Positions 40,301-51,989 of a stretch of DNA of 64,000 nt are shown here, one piece after another. Below the pieces are notes generated by a model that saw only the letters and a list, made by a program, of their open reading frames with translations, ran no database searches and was not told where the DNA came from. The DNA is from Cyanophora paradoxa CCMP329 (taxonomy: Eukaryota > Plantae > Glaucophyta). The stretch lies in assembly GCA_004431415.1 (NCBI GenBank), contig QPMI01000008.1, positions 61,808 through 125,807 of the forward strand, read 5' to 3'. A program made the position numbers and the translations under genes. Position 1 is the first letter of the stretch; each line of letters starts with the position of its first letter.

Positions 40301-41078
40301 TGCAGCGCGGCATCAAGGGCCTCATCGTCATGTCCCACGAGCTCGACGAGATGGCCAACTTCATCTTCGAGGGCAAGGCGCGTGATTGCGTACCCCCCGC
40401 ATCGTCCGCGCCCCCGCCGGCACCTCTGATGCCGCGGCCGCGCAGGTGCCGCCGCGGTGGGGCCACGCGTACCCCTCGCTCAAGCCCCTCGCCCCCTGGA
40501 TGCGCGACCTCATCGCGCGCATCGCCCACCTCAACGCCTGGGCCGAGGGGTACGCGTTTTCGCCGCTCTGGCGGTATTATCGTGTTCTAACGGCGGCTCG
40601 CAGGTCGTACCCCCGGGTGTACTGGCTGGCGGGATTCACGTACCCCACGGGCTTCCTCACGGCGCTGCTGCAGACGTCGGCGCGGAAGAACAACGTCTCC
40701 ATCGACACGCTCGCGTGGGACTTCCAAATCGTGCAGCAGGACGAGAAAGACATCGTCCAGTACCCCAAGGAGGGCGCCTACATCAAGGGGCTATTTTTGG
40801 AGGGCGCCGGCTGGAACGCCGACGGCATGTGCCTCGCGGAGCCGCAGCCGATGGAGCTCGTCGTCCCGATGCCGATCGTCCACTTCAAGCCGGTCGAGTC
40901 GCGCAAGAAGGTCGCGAAGGGGTACTACTCGTGCCCGACGTACATGTACCCCGTGCGCACGGGCACGCGGGAGCGCCCCTCGTACATGATCGCCGTCGAC
41001 CTGAAGTCGGCGCCCAACGTGGAGCCCGACCACTGGACCAAGCGCGGCACCGCCCTCCTCCTCTCCCTCGCCCAGTAG
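25379..41078 (+). CDS. DNAH2: Axonemal inner-arm dynein heavy chain, I1/f beta type (DNAH2/DHC10-like), about 27 introns
   Basis: N-terminal '[21 protein letters not shown]'; [16 protein letters not shown]; P-loops [33 protein letters not shown]; C-terminus '[15 protein letters not shown]'. Confidence 0.95.
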
Positions 41079-41429
41079 TACCCCATCCCTTGCCTTGTAC
41101 AGCTATCGACCGTACCGTACGTAGCTGCAGTTAGTGCAGGCAGACCTCTAGCTTAGCTCAAGCGCTAGCTATAGATAGAGTTTAAAACTGTTAAGGAGGA
41201 TAAGGATCATATGCTTAAGTACCGCATACCGGATTGCCGGCCGCAGTTCGAATTCCTTGATCATGACACTTCGGGGGGGCCGCACGTGCGGGGGCCGCAG
41301 CGCGCCGCGCGCGAGGCACGAGCAGGCTCGAGCGCGGAGAAGCTCGATCGCGATCGCGAGCTCGAATTTTTGAAGCTAAGCTTAAGCGTCAGCCCCCGCA
41401 GTCACTGAGTGCACGTGCTGTAGTCTCTA

Positions 41430-42210
41430 GACACCAGCACTAGTACTGCGGGGGCTGCCCATGCAGGGGGCACAGGGACAAAGGAAACAAAATAATTAAG
41501 ACAAGAAGAAAGACATGGCAAAGAGCCCCAAAATCGACTCGGCGACCGTCGACGTAGCGATCGGACAATAAAAAAAATTTTAAAGGAAAGACGTCGACAC
41601 AGAGACAGATCGAGAAGAGACGATCATTGGAGAAGCGCCGGCGAACCAGACCGAGCAGATCTAGTGACAGAGGACTCCGGGATGACAGACACGAAGAAGA
41701 GCTCGAGCTAGCTATAGAGCTAGAGCCATGGTCATGGCCCGGCCATGGCCATGGGCTCGATCGCGAGGGAACCACATCACTGATTTATAAGAAGCGGAGG
41801 CCTAGGACAGAATTGATCATAAGAAAGATAAATCACAGGAAGCAGACAGGTAAGAGGAACAACAAGACGACCGTCGGACGTGCACGTCGAGGCTTAGGCG
41901 AAGCAGGACGATATCGATGCGAAAGGGTTTAATTATAAGAATTATATACATAAGATGCAGCATTCTAATTTTTTGGTGAATTACCGGCCACAGTCTCTCG
42001 ACACCAGCACTGCGGGGGCTGCCCAGGGTGCACAGGGACAAAAGAAGCAAAGTAACTAAGACACTGTGACAAGATCACTAAGAAAGACAAGACAAAGAGC
42101 CAAAATCGACAATAAAAGAGGAAAGACACAGAGACAGATCGAGAAGAGACGAGAAGCTTTTAAGCGATCGCGAACCAGACCGAGCAGACCAGCTAGTGAC
42201 AGATGCAGCA
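41430..42210. repeat. Diverged direct duplication in a purine-rich intergenic region (41430-41690 versus 42000-42210)
   Basis: Shared 'acaccagcac..tgcgggggctgccc..gcacagggacaaa..aaaatcgac..acagagacagatcgagaagagacga..cgaaccagaccgagcaga..ctagtgacaga'. Confidence 0.75.
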
Positions 42211-42841
42211 ACTTGCAGGTTGCAGATTGCAATCAATGAATGATTACGTACGCGTATTCCAGGAATTTCCAGCAATAAACACGTGTTAAGTTGTCTGTTA
42301 ACGTTTCGCTTCAATTTGATTTTGTTTTTCTCAGATTCAGCTTTGATTTTTTTGTCTTTTTTGGCAACAACCTAGACTACCCCCCGAGTACCCCGGTGCG
42401 ACCGGGTACGTGACACACTGATACGTGTTTCGTTTTGGCCGCGCCATCGTGTTGACTCACCGCCTGCACTGCGGCCCTTCTGCGGGCCTGCTGCGGCGCC
42501 GAGCGCCTGCCGCAGCTGCGGTCACGGGTATGCGCAAGCGCCGCAAGCTGCAGCTGTGCTGGACGCGCCCCACGTGTAAGCAGCTAACGCGTACGGAGCC
42601 TAACGCAGCGGCCGCGCGCGCGCGCCGCGTGCCGTCACTGCCGTGCAATGCGGGCAGTCTAGATCTGCGGCATTCCGTCCGACCCGAACCGAGCGATCGC
42701 GCTAGCCTTGTAGCTAACAGGCCTCTCCCGAAGACCAAGCGCGCAGCTTCGACACAACCGGCGGATTCGACGGCAAAGCTTAAGATGCCGATGTCCAGCT
42801 GTGCGCATACATGCAGATCGCGCTGCGCGATATCGAAAGCG

Positions 42842-45800
42842 ATGTCGAGATCCCGGCGTACGCCCGAGCTCCCGCACGCGGTCCTAGGCCTCGTCGTCCT
42901 GGTCCTCGCCGGCGCGCACTTTTTCTCGCTGGCCGAAGCGCGGCAATCGTGAGCGATTTGGATATGTACATGTAGTCACTTAAGCTTCTGCGCTTCAAAT
43001 TTAAACGGTGACCGCGCTCTCGACCAGGTATCAGAGGAGCATCCCGAACGGGGCGAACGTAAAGCGAAACGGCGTCTCGTGGCCCGCCGTCGGGCACGTA
43101 ACTGCCTCCGGCTCCAGCGGCGCCGTCGACGCATTCGGTGCGCGCGCGCGTTTCGGTCCCTGCTGGCCAAGCCCTGGCGCCGGTGCCCTAGGCCTCTAGA
43201 TTGCGGCGCGTGCTCAATTTTGCCGGCGCACGCGCATGCGCAGGCGCGGCCTTCGCTGCGGCGGGGCACAGGTGGACCGCCGCCCTCTGCCAGGCTGACT
43301 CCGACGGCGACGGATACAGCAACGGGTGATCAATTTTCAATTAATATTGCTCGAATATATATAACAAGCTCGACGCTTGCTAACCGTACCTCGACCCCTT
43401 TCGGCTCGACAGATGGGAGCTCGGAGGTGCTTCCTTGTTTCATGATCATGATCCCTTCTTTCCGATATCGATCGTGTTTTTGAAAAGCTTGACGCGTCTC
43501 CGATCCGCCAGATCCGTGCTGCACGTGGACAGTCGGGACCACGCCGCTCAGAACCACCGACATCTCCAATCCCGGCCTAGCCGATAGGTGCCCTTGGATT
43601 TGTGCATGTTCTCCTTCGAAATTTGTGCTGACCGCCGTCTCACGGTCAGCTTCCCTTTGTCCTCCCCCGGCTGTGTGGACGCCGCCCCTGCGACACCCGC
43701 CGCCCCCGCAACGACCTCTGCACCCGCCGCCGGCGCCCCCGCGACAACTACTGCCCCCTCCACCACATCGGCCCCCTCCACCACGGCCCCCCCTGCGGCG
43801 TCGACCACCGCTGCGCCCGTTCCTGCGGGCAGCAGCGCTGCCCCGGCCGCGAGTTCGAATCCGGGCGCGGGCGCCTGCCCCGCCGGCACCGTTGCGGTCC
43901 CCGCGCCAACGCCGACGCCCTCCGCCGGCGCCGCCCGCGCCGCCCGCGGCCGGCACGACGATGACGACGACGAGGGGCCTGAGGAAGAGGAGGAAGAGGA
44001 GGAGGGCGGCGCTCCCTTCCCGCCAGCTCCGGTGCGGTCCGGTGCCATTGGCGCCTCTTCGAACGCCTGAGGCCTCAGAGCTGACGCGGCCCGGTACCTC
44101 TTCGCGCAGCCTGCGACCGGCGCCGGCGCCGGCGCCGGCGCCCCGGCGGCATCCCCTTCCACATCGTCCCCCGCAACGTCGACTGCCCCGGCGGCGCCCG
44201 GCTCGAGCTCGCCCCCAGGCGGCTCGAGCTCGAGGCCCGGATCCAACACGTCGCCCTCTTTCATCTGCGTGCCTGCACCCGCGGGGCCCGGCGGCTCGGA
44301 GGCCTCTGCCCCCGGATCCGGATCCGGCCAGCTGGAGCCCGCCCCGACGCCCTCGACCCCAGCGGCGGCGGACGCCGGCGCGGCTTCGAGCTCGAGCTCG
44401 AGCTCGGTGAGCGCCAGCTCGGGGCCTAGGCCTAGGCTGCGGTCCTGAATTAAGTGTGCACGCGATCGCAATCGAGCTCACCCGCCTGCGCCGGTACCGC
44501 AGGGCGAGGCGCCGAGCCCGATGATCCAGGTCACTGTGCTCTCCGATTTCGCGCAGTGGTCCGCCCTCCGGCCCTCCTTCGTCGCCGCCTTCGCTTCGGC
44601 CCTCTCCGTGCGCACCGCGCCGCACCGCATCCGATCCGGCTCATCCGACGCGGCCGCGCAGATCGGGCAGGAGCGCGTGCTGGTCATGAACGCGGCGGCG
44701 GGCAGCGTCGTTGTGAGCCTCAAGGTCCTGCCCGGGGCGGGCCCCTCCGTCGCCGCCGCCCTCGCCGCCCTCGAGGCCGCCCTCGCGGGCACGTCCCTCG
44801 CCCTCGCCGGCTTCCAAGTCGACTACGCCCGTGCGCCGGCGCCGCTCCTGTTCAAGCGTCAACGTTATAATTAGAGGATCTAATTATATAAATTATATAT
44901 GATGTACTCGCAGGGACGCGCGTGGTGCGGCCGGTCGCCGCATCGACGGACACCGGCGCCGATCCCGAACTCCCCTTCCCGTGCGCGCGCGAAATTTCAC
45001 CGAAATTTCACCGTGCGCGAACGTCTTAAGCGCTTCGCGCGCACTCGCAGGTACCACCTCGTGCTTCTCGGGGCCCTCGTCGCCCTCTGCCTCGCCGGCG
45101 GCCTCGCCCTCTCGAGGGGGCGGATCCCCCGCCGCGCGGCGACCCTCCTCTCCCACACGAAGGCCCTCGGCCTCTCCCTCGACGAGGCCGCCGCCGTCCT
45201 CTCCTACGCCGCCGTCTCCTGCGCCTTCGGTTTCTACTACGGCCAGAACTCGACCAAGGTGCATAGCGAACGCCGAATTCGAAGCGCAATATCGCTATAT
45301 AAAAAGCGACGCCGAGATCTTATATCAATATATAAAAAGCGACGCCGAGATCTAGACGCGCGCGTGTAATTCGTAACCGGAGCCGCTGCCGCGCGCACAG
45401 TTCACGCCCCTCGGCAAGCTCTCGGACGCCTTGGGGCGAGTCTCGACCCTCCAGCTCCTCTTCGTCCTCCTCCCCGTCGCCCGAAACAGGTACCCAGGCC
45501 TAGCTATAAATAGATCTAGATCATCAGATCTAGAGGCATCTGGAAGCTTAAGGGTTTCGAATTCGATCCGACCGGAAATTGATTGGAGCGCCGGGCCGCG
45601 CAGCCTCTGGCTCCACGCCTTCGGCATCTCGTGGGAGCGCGCCATCCGCTTCCACCGCTGGTCCTCCGTCGTGGTGCGCGCCTCCCGAGTCTATTAAATT
45701 CGGACGTCGATGCCCCGAAGCCGGACGTTGACGTTAATAGTATGCACCGGACCCTGAAGCACTTATAACGCTTTATATATTCCTGACGAATTTCTGAGCG

Positions 45801-47989
45801 AATTTCCTGACGCGGCCGCTTGTTGATAATAGCGATGCCTCTTATTCATAATAGTACGCCCGGACGCTGATATCGATCACGGGCCCGTAGATGGTTCTGT
45901 TAATAATAGTATGCCCGGATGCCTCTTGTTGATAATAGTATGCCCGGACGCTGATCTCGGGCCCGTAGATGGTTCTGGCGGCGTGGGCGCACGGCGTTAC
46001 CATCGTGGTCTACTACCACATGCAGGGCGTCACGGGGGGCCCCGCCTACGCCCTCGAGGTCCGCCCTGAACCCGCCTGCGCTCTCAAGGACCGCCTTGAG
46101 CCCCGAGAGCAGTGGGGCCGGGCGGAGGAGACCGTGAACCGGCTGGCGGGGGTCGTCTCCGGAGCCTGCATGCTCGTCATCGCGCTGACCTCCGTCGCCA
46201 TCGTCCGCCGTAAGGCCTTTGAGCTCTTCTTCTACGTCCACCAGCTCTTCGTCGTCGCCATCGTCTTCGCTGCCCTCCACCAGTGCGACGCACCCAATCA
46301 CTGCCTCTATTATAATTCACTGATCCATGCCGATTGCGATCGCAATTGCGAGCAGCCGGAGCAACATCTGGTACGCCCTCCCCGGCACGGCCCTTTTCCT
46401 TCTGGACCGCGGGACCCGCTTCTGGAGCGGCACCCTCCGCCCCGCCGCCCTCGCCTCCGCCCGCCTCCTCCCCGGCGGCATCGTCGAGTGAGCGCGCAGA
46501 GCTAGGGCTCGGGTTTATGTTTAGGCCTGACGCCGGCGCCCCGCGCGCGCAGGCTCCAGATCTGCAAGAAGGGGATGAAGTGCCGCGACCCGGGCCAGTT
46601 CGTCTTCCTCAACGTGCGCCGCTTTCGAAATCGAAATCGAGCTCGGAATTTCGAAATTGAGATTGAAATTGCCCCCTGCGCAGTTCCCGGCGATCTCGCG
46701 GCTCCAGTGGCACCCCTTCTCGATCAGCAGCACGCCCGCGGACGGGGCGTGCACGGTCCACATCCGCCCCCGCGGGCCGGGCTCCTGGACTGGGCGGCTG
46801 GCGGCCCTCGTGCAGCGGGACCCGACATCGCTCCGCGTGCGCCTGGAGGGGCCCTACGGCCGCCCCTCCGTCCCCTTCGGCCGCTACGAGTCGGTCGCCC
46901 TCGTCGCCGGCGGCATCGGTCCGTCATGATCATCACAGTCTTCGAATTTCGCGAAATCCGAATCGAGTTCGCTCTAGATCTAGATCTAGATCTCTTCGAA
47001 TTCTGATCGCCACGCTCGCTCGCAGGCGTCGCGCCGGTGCTCTCGGCGCTGGGGTGGCTCACGAAGAGCCCCGCCCTGCGGCGCGTGCGCATGCTCTTCG
47101 TCGCTCGCGACAGCGACCTGGCCGACTGCTTCGCCGGTGCGCGCGGCGCCCTTTTAAAGCTTGAGTATAAGCTTCGATCGCGAAATCATATTTTCGCTCT
47201 GGATTCGGATATATAAATCGAAGCCGGCCGCGGCGCCCTTAAGCTTCAAAGTCATATTTCCGCTCTGGATCCGGATAAATATACATCGATCTGACGTCGA
47301 CGCGCGGCGCGCACGGCAGGCCAAATCGAGGGCCTCCGCGCCGCCTTCGCGGCGAACGGGGTCGACCACAAGCTGGAGGTGCACGTCACGCGGCCCCGCG
47401 GCTCGGTCGAAGGCCTGCCGCCCGCGCCCCGCGTCATCTGCAAGCTTAAGCCCGATTGCAAGCCCGATTCAAGGCACCTGCACCTGCCCGGCCGCTGTGC
47501 GCGCCTGGGCCCGGAGGCGCCTATAGCTATGCCTGAATTGGAGGAGTTCCATGTGATGGAGCCCGCGGGGGCGGAGCAGCTCCGGCGGGCCCCCGAGGAG
47601 CCCCGGCCTCGGCCCGCCGTCCGCAGCGTCCCCTTGCTGTACCCCGCCATCAGCGGAGGCGCCGGCGCCGGCGCCGCGGAGCCGGTCGACACGGAGACCG
47701 AGTTCGACTCCAGCGAGGCGCTTTCCGTCGACGTCGTCCGGTTCGACTCCGCGCCGGGAGAATCTCCAGACCATCTAATTATAAATCTCCAAGGGGATCG
47801 CGACCCCACGGCTCCGGATCCGGGGGCCGGCCCGACCTGGCGGCCTTTTTCGCGTCGGCGGCGCCGCCCCCGGGGGCCAAGCCGGCGGCCCTCTTCACGT
47901 GCGGGCCCCGCGGGCTCGTGGCGGACGCCCACCGCGCAGCCCGCGCCGCCGGCGGCTTCCACGTCCACAGCGAGACCTTCCACCTGTAG
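42842..47989 (+). CDS. Signal peptide + temptin-like domain + Pro/Thr/Ser-rich stalk + ferric reductase (FRE/NOX-family) flavocytochrome
   Basis: Temptin motif 'YQRSIPNG..WPAVGH..FGAAFAAAGHRWTAALCQADSDGDGYSNGWELGDPCCTW..ISNPG'. Heme His motifs RFHRW, AHG, FFYVHQL, ALH. FAD motif 'QWHPFSISS'; 'EGPYG'; 'LVAGGIGVAP'; 'CGP'; C-terminal 'FHVHSETFHL*'. Confidence 0.85.
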
Positions 47990-48819
47990 CTATTTGTAGA
48001 CCTAGATCTAGATAGATATAGCTAGCTATAGACCGATATCGATATCAATGCTTCTGTTCCGGATTCGGATCCCGATCTACACGTTTTCAGCCGCTCCGTC
48101 CCCCTTTCCCCTCACGGCCGGAGCCGCAGGCATTGATGTACTTGTAATTATATAATGAATTCGAACGTCAAAATTAAATACAAAAGGCCTCCTTCAAGTT
48201 CAGTTTTAAAGATCTAGAAAGAATACTTATCGAAGTCACGGATCGGATCATCGGACCTATAGCTAATCATAGTACCCCCTACCGGCCCCCCGTGCATACC
48301 CCTTCTAGTCCCGGAGTCCCCCCCCTACCGGCCCCATAGTCCCTTCTTTCCGTGCATACCCCCCACTCGCGCTTGTTCTTTCTCCGAACCCCCCAGCTCT
48401 CGAACCCCCGTCCACCCAATTGCAACCCCGTATACGTACCCCCTCGTACCCCCGTCTCTCCAACCCCATGCCCCCTCGCCCTGCTCCCTCCTACCTCGTA
48501 CCCCACCTCGGCTCCCTCCCCGCCCCCGCCGTCGCGGTGCGCCCCGCCGCCCCTCCCCCGCACCCCGCCCCTCACCCGCCGCCGCAGCCCGCCCCCACCT
48601 CGCGCCCTCCTGCCCGGGGGGCGGCCGCCCCGGCCCCTTCAAACGTTAAACCCCCGGTCCGCGCACGCCTCGCCCGCTCAGCTGCAGCTCGAGGTCCGCG
48701 CAGGAGAGCTGATTATGAGCTCGAGCTTGCGCGATCTGATTATTTAATCCTTCATTATTACGTCTTCTAGATATCTTATCTCATTACTTTGCATTGAAAT
48801 TAGCTCATCAAATCAAGAG

Positions 48820-51544
48820 CGCTAGCGCTACGGCTAAGGGGAGAACGACTCGAGGTTGGGGAGGCGGGCGAGGGCGGCGCGGTCGGCCCCGCCCATCTCG
48901 AGGCTCGCGGGGCGCGCCCCGCCCCAGCGCGCCGGGAACTCCCCCTCCCTGCGAGAGGAATATTAACTGCGAGAGAGGAATCCCTGCAGGCTCTCCGGAT
49001 CCCGGAGGAGCAGGCTTGATCCTGCTGCTAGAAGTTGAACAGGCTTTTTATGTATAAGCGGCGAACTATCCGAAAGGGCGCTTCCTAGAGTTTAAAAGGA
49101 CGTCAACTAGCTAAGGTGCTAAGGTGAATTGAGTTAGGCTAAAGCTTGTAATAAGCTACAGGCTGCGCACTCGTAGAGGCCGGTCTCCTCGAAGAAGGCG
49201 AGGGCGCGGAGGCTCTGCCCCGCCGGCCCCGCGGCGAGGGCGGCGAGGCCCTCGGGGGCGCCCTCGTTCTCCCCGAGGGCGACGGCGAGGTCCTCGAGGC
49301 GGGACAGGGGCGCCAGCGCCGCCAGCACCTGCGAATTCGAAAGCGCTAGCGGATCAGGCTGTTGTGCTTGGAAGCTTTGAGATGCTTTAAGCTGTAGGGC
49401 CGGACGGAGCCGGCAGCATTGTTTACTTCGAATAGGATACTTGGGGGGGGGGGGGGGGGGGGGGGAGGGGGATGGGAGGTGTGGGGAGGGGCTGAGGGCC
49501 GGGTAGGGGGCCGGGTGAGGCAAAGCGAGCGGAGGAGGGGGCGGAAGAGAGGGGAATCTAAGATTAGCAGTTCATTAAAAGTGACTAGCTTAAATTGCAA
49601 TCGGAAGCAAGCTTAAGCATGGGAGGGCCGCGGATCCGGATGGCTGCGTTATATATTTCGCTTCGAGTTAAACACGTGCACCTAGCAGCCGCTGAGCGAT
49701 TGCAAGCTCGGCACCTTGGAGACGCGTTCGTTGTCCGCCGTGAGGGAGAGCGAGCGGAGGAGGGGGCAGGCCCCCGCGATCGCCGCCGCCGTCGCAGGCG
49801 TCGCCCCGGGGCACGTCTGGAGCGGGAAATCAAATGTGAAATATTACAACGCACGGACTTGAAATGAAGGTAAGAAGTATCTCCTAGCTATAGTCATAAC
49901 TCCTAGAGCTCTAAATTTATGCATGAACTTGAAACGAAGTCGCATTATTAAGAGCAATCGAGAAAGCAAATCACAAATGCAACTCACCTCAAAGAACAGG
50001 TCGAGCGAGCGGAGTTGGGCGAAGGGGGCGAGGGCTGTCCGCAGCTCGGCGGGGGCCGGCCAGGGGGACGACTCCTCGCAGGAGCCCAGCATGCTCCTGG
50101 GAGAAGATATTAGCACAGAAGATGATTAAATGTATATCTTGGCTTCAAAGCCAAGCTTAAGATTTTCAGAGCGCCAACTTAGAAATTAAAGCTTAAGCAA
50201 ACGTGTCCAGTTTATCCGAGCTGAAGAGGAGTCCCGTGGGCCCAGGAGGGGGCCGAGGGGCCCGCCGGGGCCGGGAGGAGGCCTAAGAGAAGGAGAAAAG
50301 GGGGGGGGGGGGGGGGGGGGGGGGGTCGGGGCCGTGGCCATGGGCCGAGGAGGAGGCTCAGTGCGCATGGCCCGAGAAGGAGGCACCGTATACGTACCTG
50401 GGCTTGCAGACGAGCCCGACGCTAAGCCGCTCCAGGCCGCTGGCGCCGCAGCCTAGGCCTGCGGCGCAGAAGATCAAATTAGATCAGATCAGATTAGAAA
50501 GCCGAGCTAAGTAAGCTGAGCTGGGTGACGCGACGGACCTTCGTTGGGATCTGCAGCTGCGCCCTCGCGATCGCCCTCGCGCTCGGCCTCGGGCGGGCGG
50601 AGGGCGGCGAGGAGGGCGAGGAGGGCGCCGGGGAGGAAGCCGGCGCTGCCCAGGTAGCGGTCGGTGAAGAGCTCGGCGCTCGAACCGTAGAGCTCCACCG
50701 TCACACCGCGGAGCTGGGCCAGGGGCTGAGGCTGGCCATGGGGCTGAGGCTGAGGCTGAGGATGAGCCGAGAGCTCACGGAGCTGGCGCTGAGGCGCCGG
50801 CCCTGGGTCCAGTGGAGCCGGCCCGAGCTGGAGCCCGTGTTGAGCCGGAGGCTGATCATGATCATGATCATGAGGCCCGCGGCCGGCGCCATGGTCAGCC
50901 GGGCCGCAGTTTGCGTAGTAGCTCCGCGTGATGGCGGCGAGGAGCCGGCACGCGGCCTCCAGCGCGCCCCGGTGACGCTGCCTCGCTTCGGCGACATCGG
51001 CGGCCCTGCGGGATGGGCCGGGCGCGAGCTCCGGCCGCAGGGCGACGCTCGCGCCGCCGGCGAGGCGCAGCTTTCGCTGCTCGAAGAGGGTCGACAGGGC
51101 CCCGCAGGCCTCCTCGAATCGATCCCCGCCGCTGGCGTTGGGCCGGGGCCCCGCGCCGCTTGCGTCGGATGCAGCTGCGGCCGGGGCCGGGGCCGGGCCC
51201 CCGCCGCCGCTTCTGAAGCGCAGCTCGAGGCTCGGCCAGGGAGTGTCCTCGGCCACCCGCCGCCACCGCCTGCGCGCGACCGGAAGATTAAGACTTCGGC
51301 ATTGGTCTGTCTCGGAGGCTTAAGACTTTTGCTACAGCTGCAGGCTGCGAATCGAACCTGCAAACGCCGCGCAGGGGCCAGCCCGCCCGCAGCCCGAGCG
51401 TCTTGAGAACGTCGCTCAGAATCGCGTCCGGCAGCGCGTCGATCGCCGGCGCCGCCTGCGGACCCGGAGGCACATGTACAGCTGCGCATGCGAGCGCCCT
51501 CGTGGATCAGCGCTTGCGGCAAGGAGGCCGAGCTTGCGGATCAT
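48820..51544 (-). CDS. F-box protein with degenerate LRR-like C-terminus; ends approximate
   Basis: 'IDALPDAILSDVLKTLGLRAGWPLRGVCRRWRRVAE' across a GT-AG intron; downstream 'ALAPFAQLRSLDL', 'LAPLSRLEDLAV', 'QSLRALAF'. Confidence 0.65.
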
Positions 51545-51989
51545 ATACTCGTGGTCGCACCCGACATTGCCGCTGCTCCGAAGGTCCCGAACCCGCTCGC
51601 GCGCTGTGATCAGGTCAAGATAAGGAACCATCGAAGTCGTATAGGGCGAGCAGCGCAGCACGGTGGGATCAAACAACGCACCTGTGCTCGTCCGCCGTGC
51701 GAGTAGCTTGATCAGAGGCCCGGCCGAAGCTTGCGGGTCGCTGTCCCGGGGTACACGCATCGGCGCGTCGTGCTTGCTGGTCGCGCACAGCGAACTTCGC
51801 CGCTCTGGAACGATTGCTTCGCAACTGGAGCTCGGGATCGTGCAGCGACCGTCGCGTCCAGCTTCCACCGCACGCAGCCGAACGCAGCGGACCGATCGGC
51901 GCGCTTAACTGCGCCTGATCGAGCGTAGCTAGAGAGCGGTGGTGCATCTACACGCGACCGTGGCGCGCGCGGCGGCGGCCGGCGCATCG

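Noticed and set aside
25490-40605. Introner-type mobile introns
   Set aside because: By eye, introns share only generic donor and acceptor motifs and C-rich tracts, not extended sequence identity or terminal repeats.
25703-41033. Many long antisense and off-frame ORFs over the dynein, myosin and kinase genes (e.g. 30218-32164, 36366-37643)
   Set aside because: Shadow frames caused by high GC3 codon bias. The products are R/A/G/P-rich or mirror the sense codons, with no motifs.
49443-50285. Long poly-G/poly-C runs (also about 3440-3490, 5862-5882, 61590-61620) as functional G-quadruplexes
   Set aside because: They are common low-complexity tracts in this genome, lengths are error-prone, and nothing specific supports a function.
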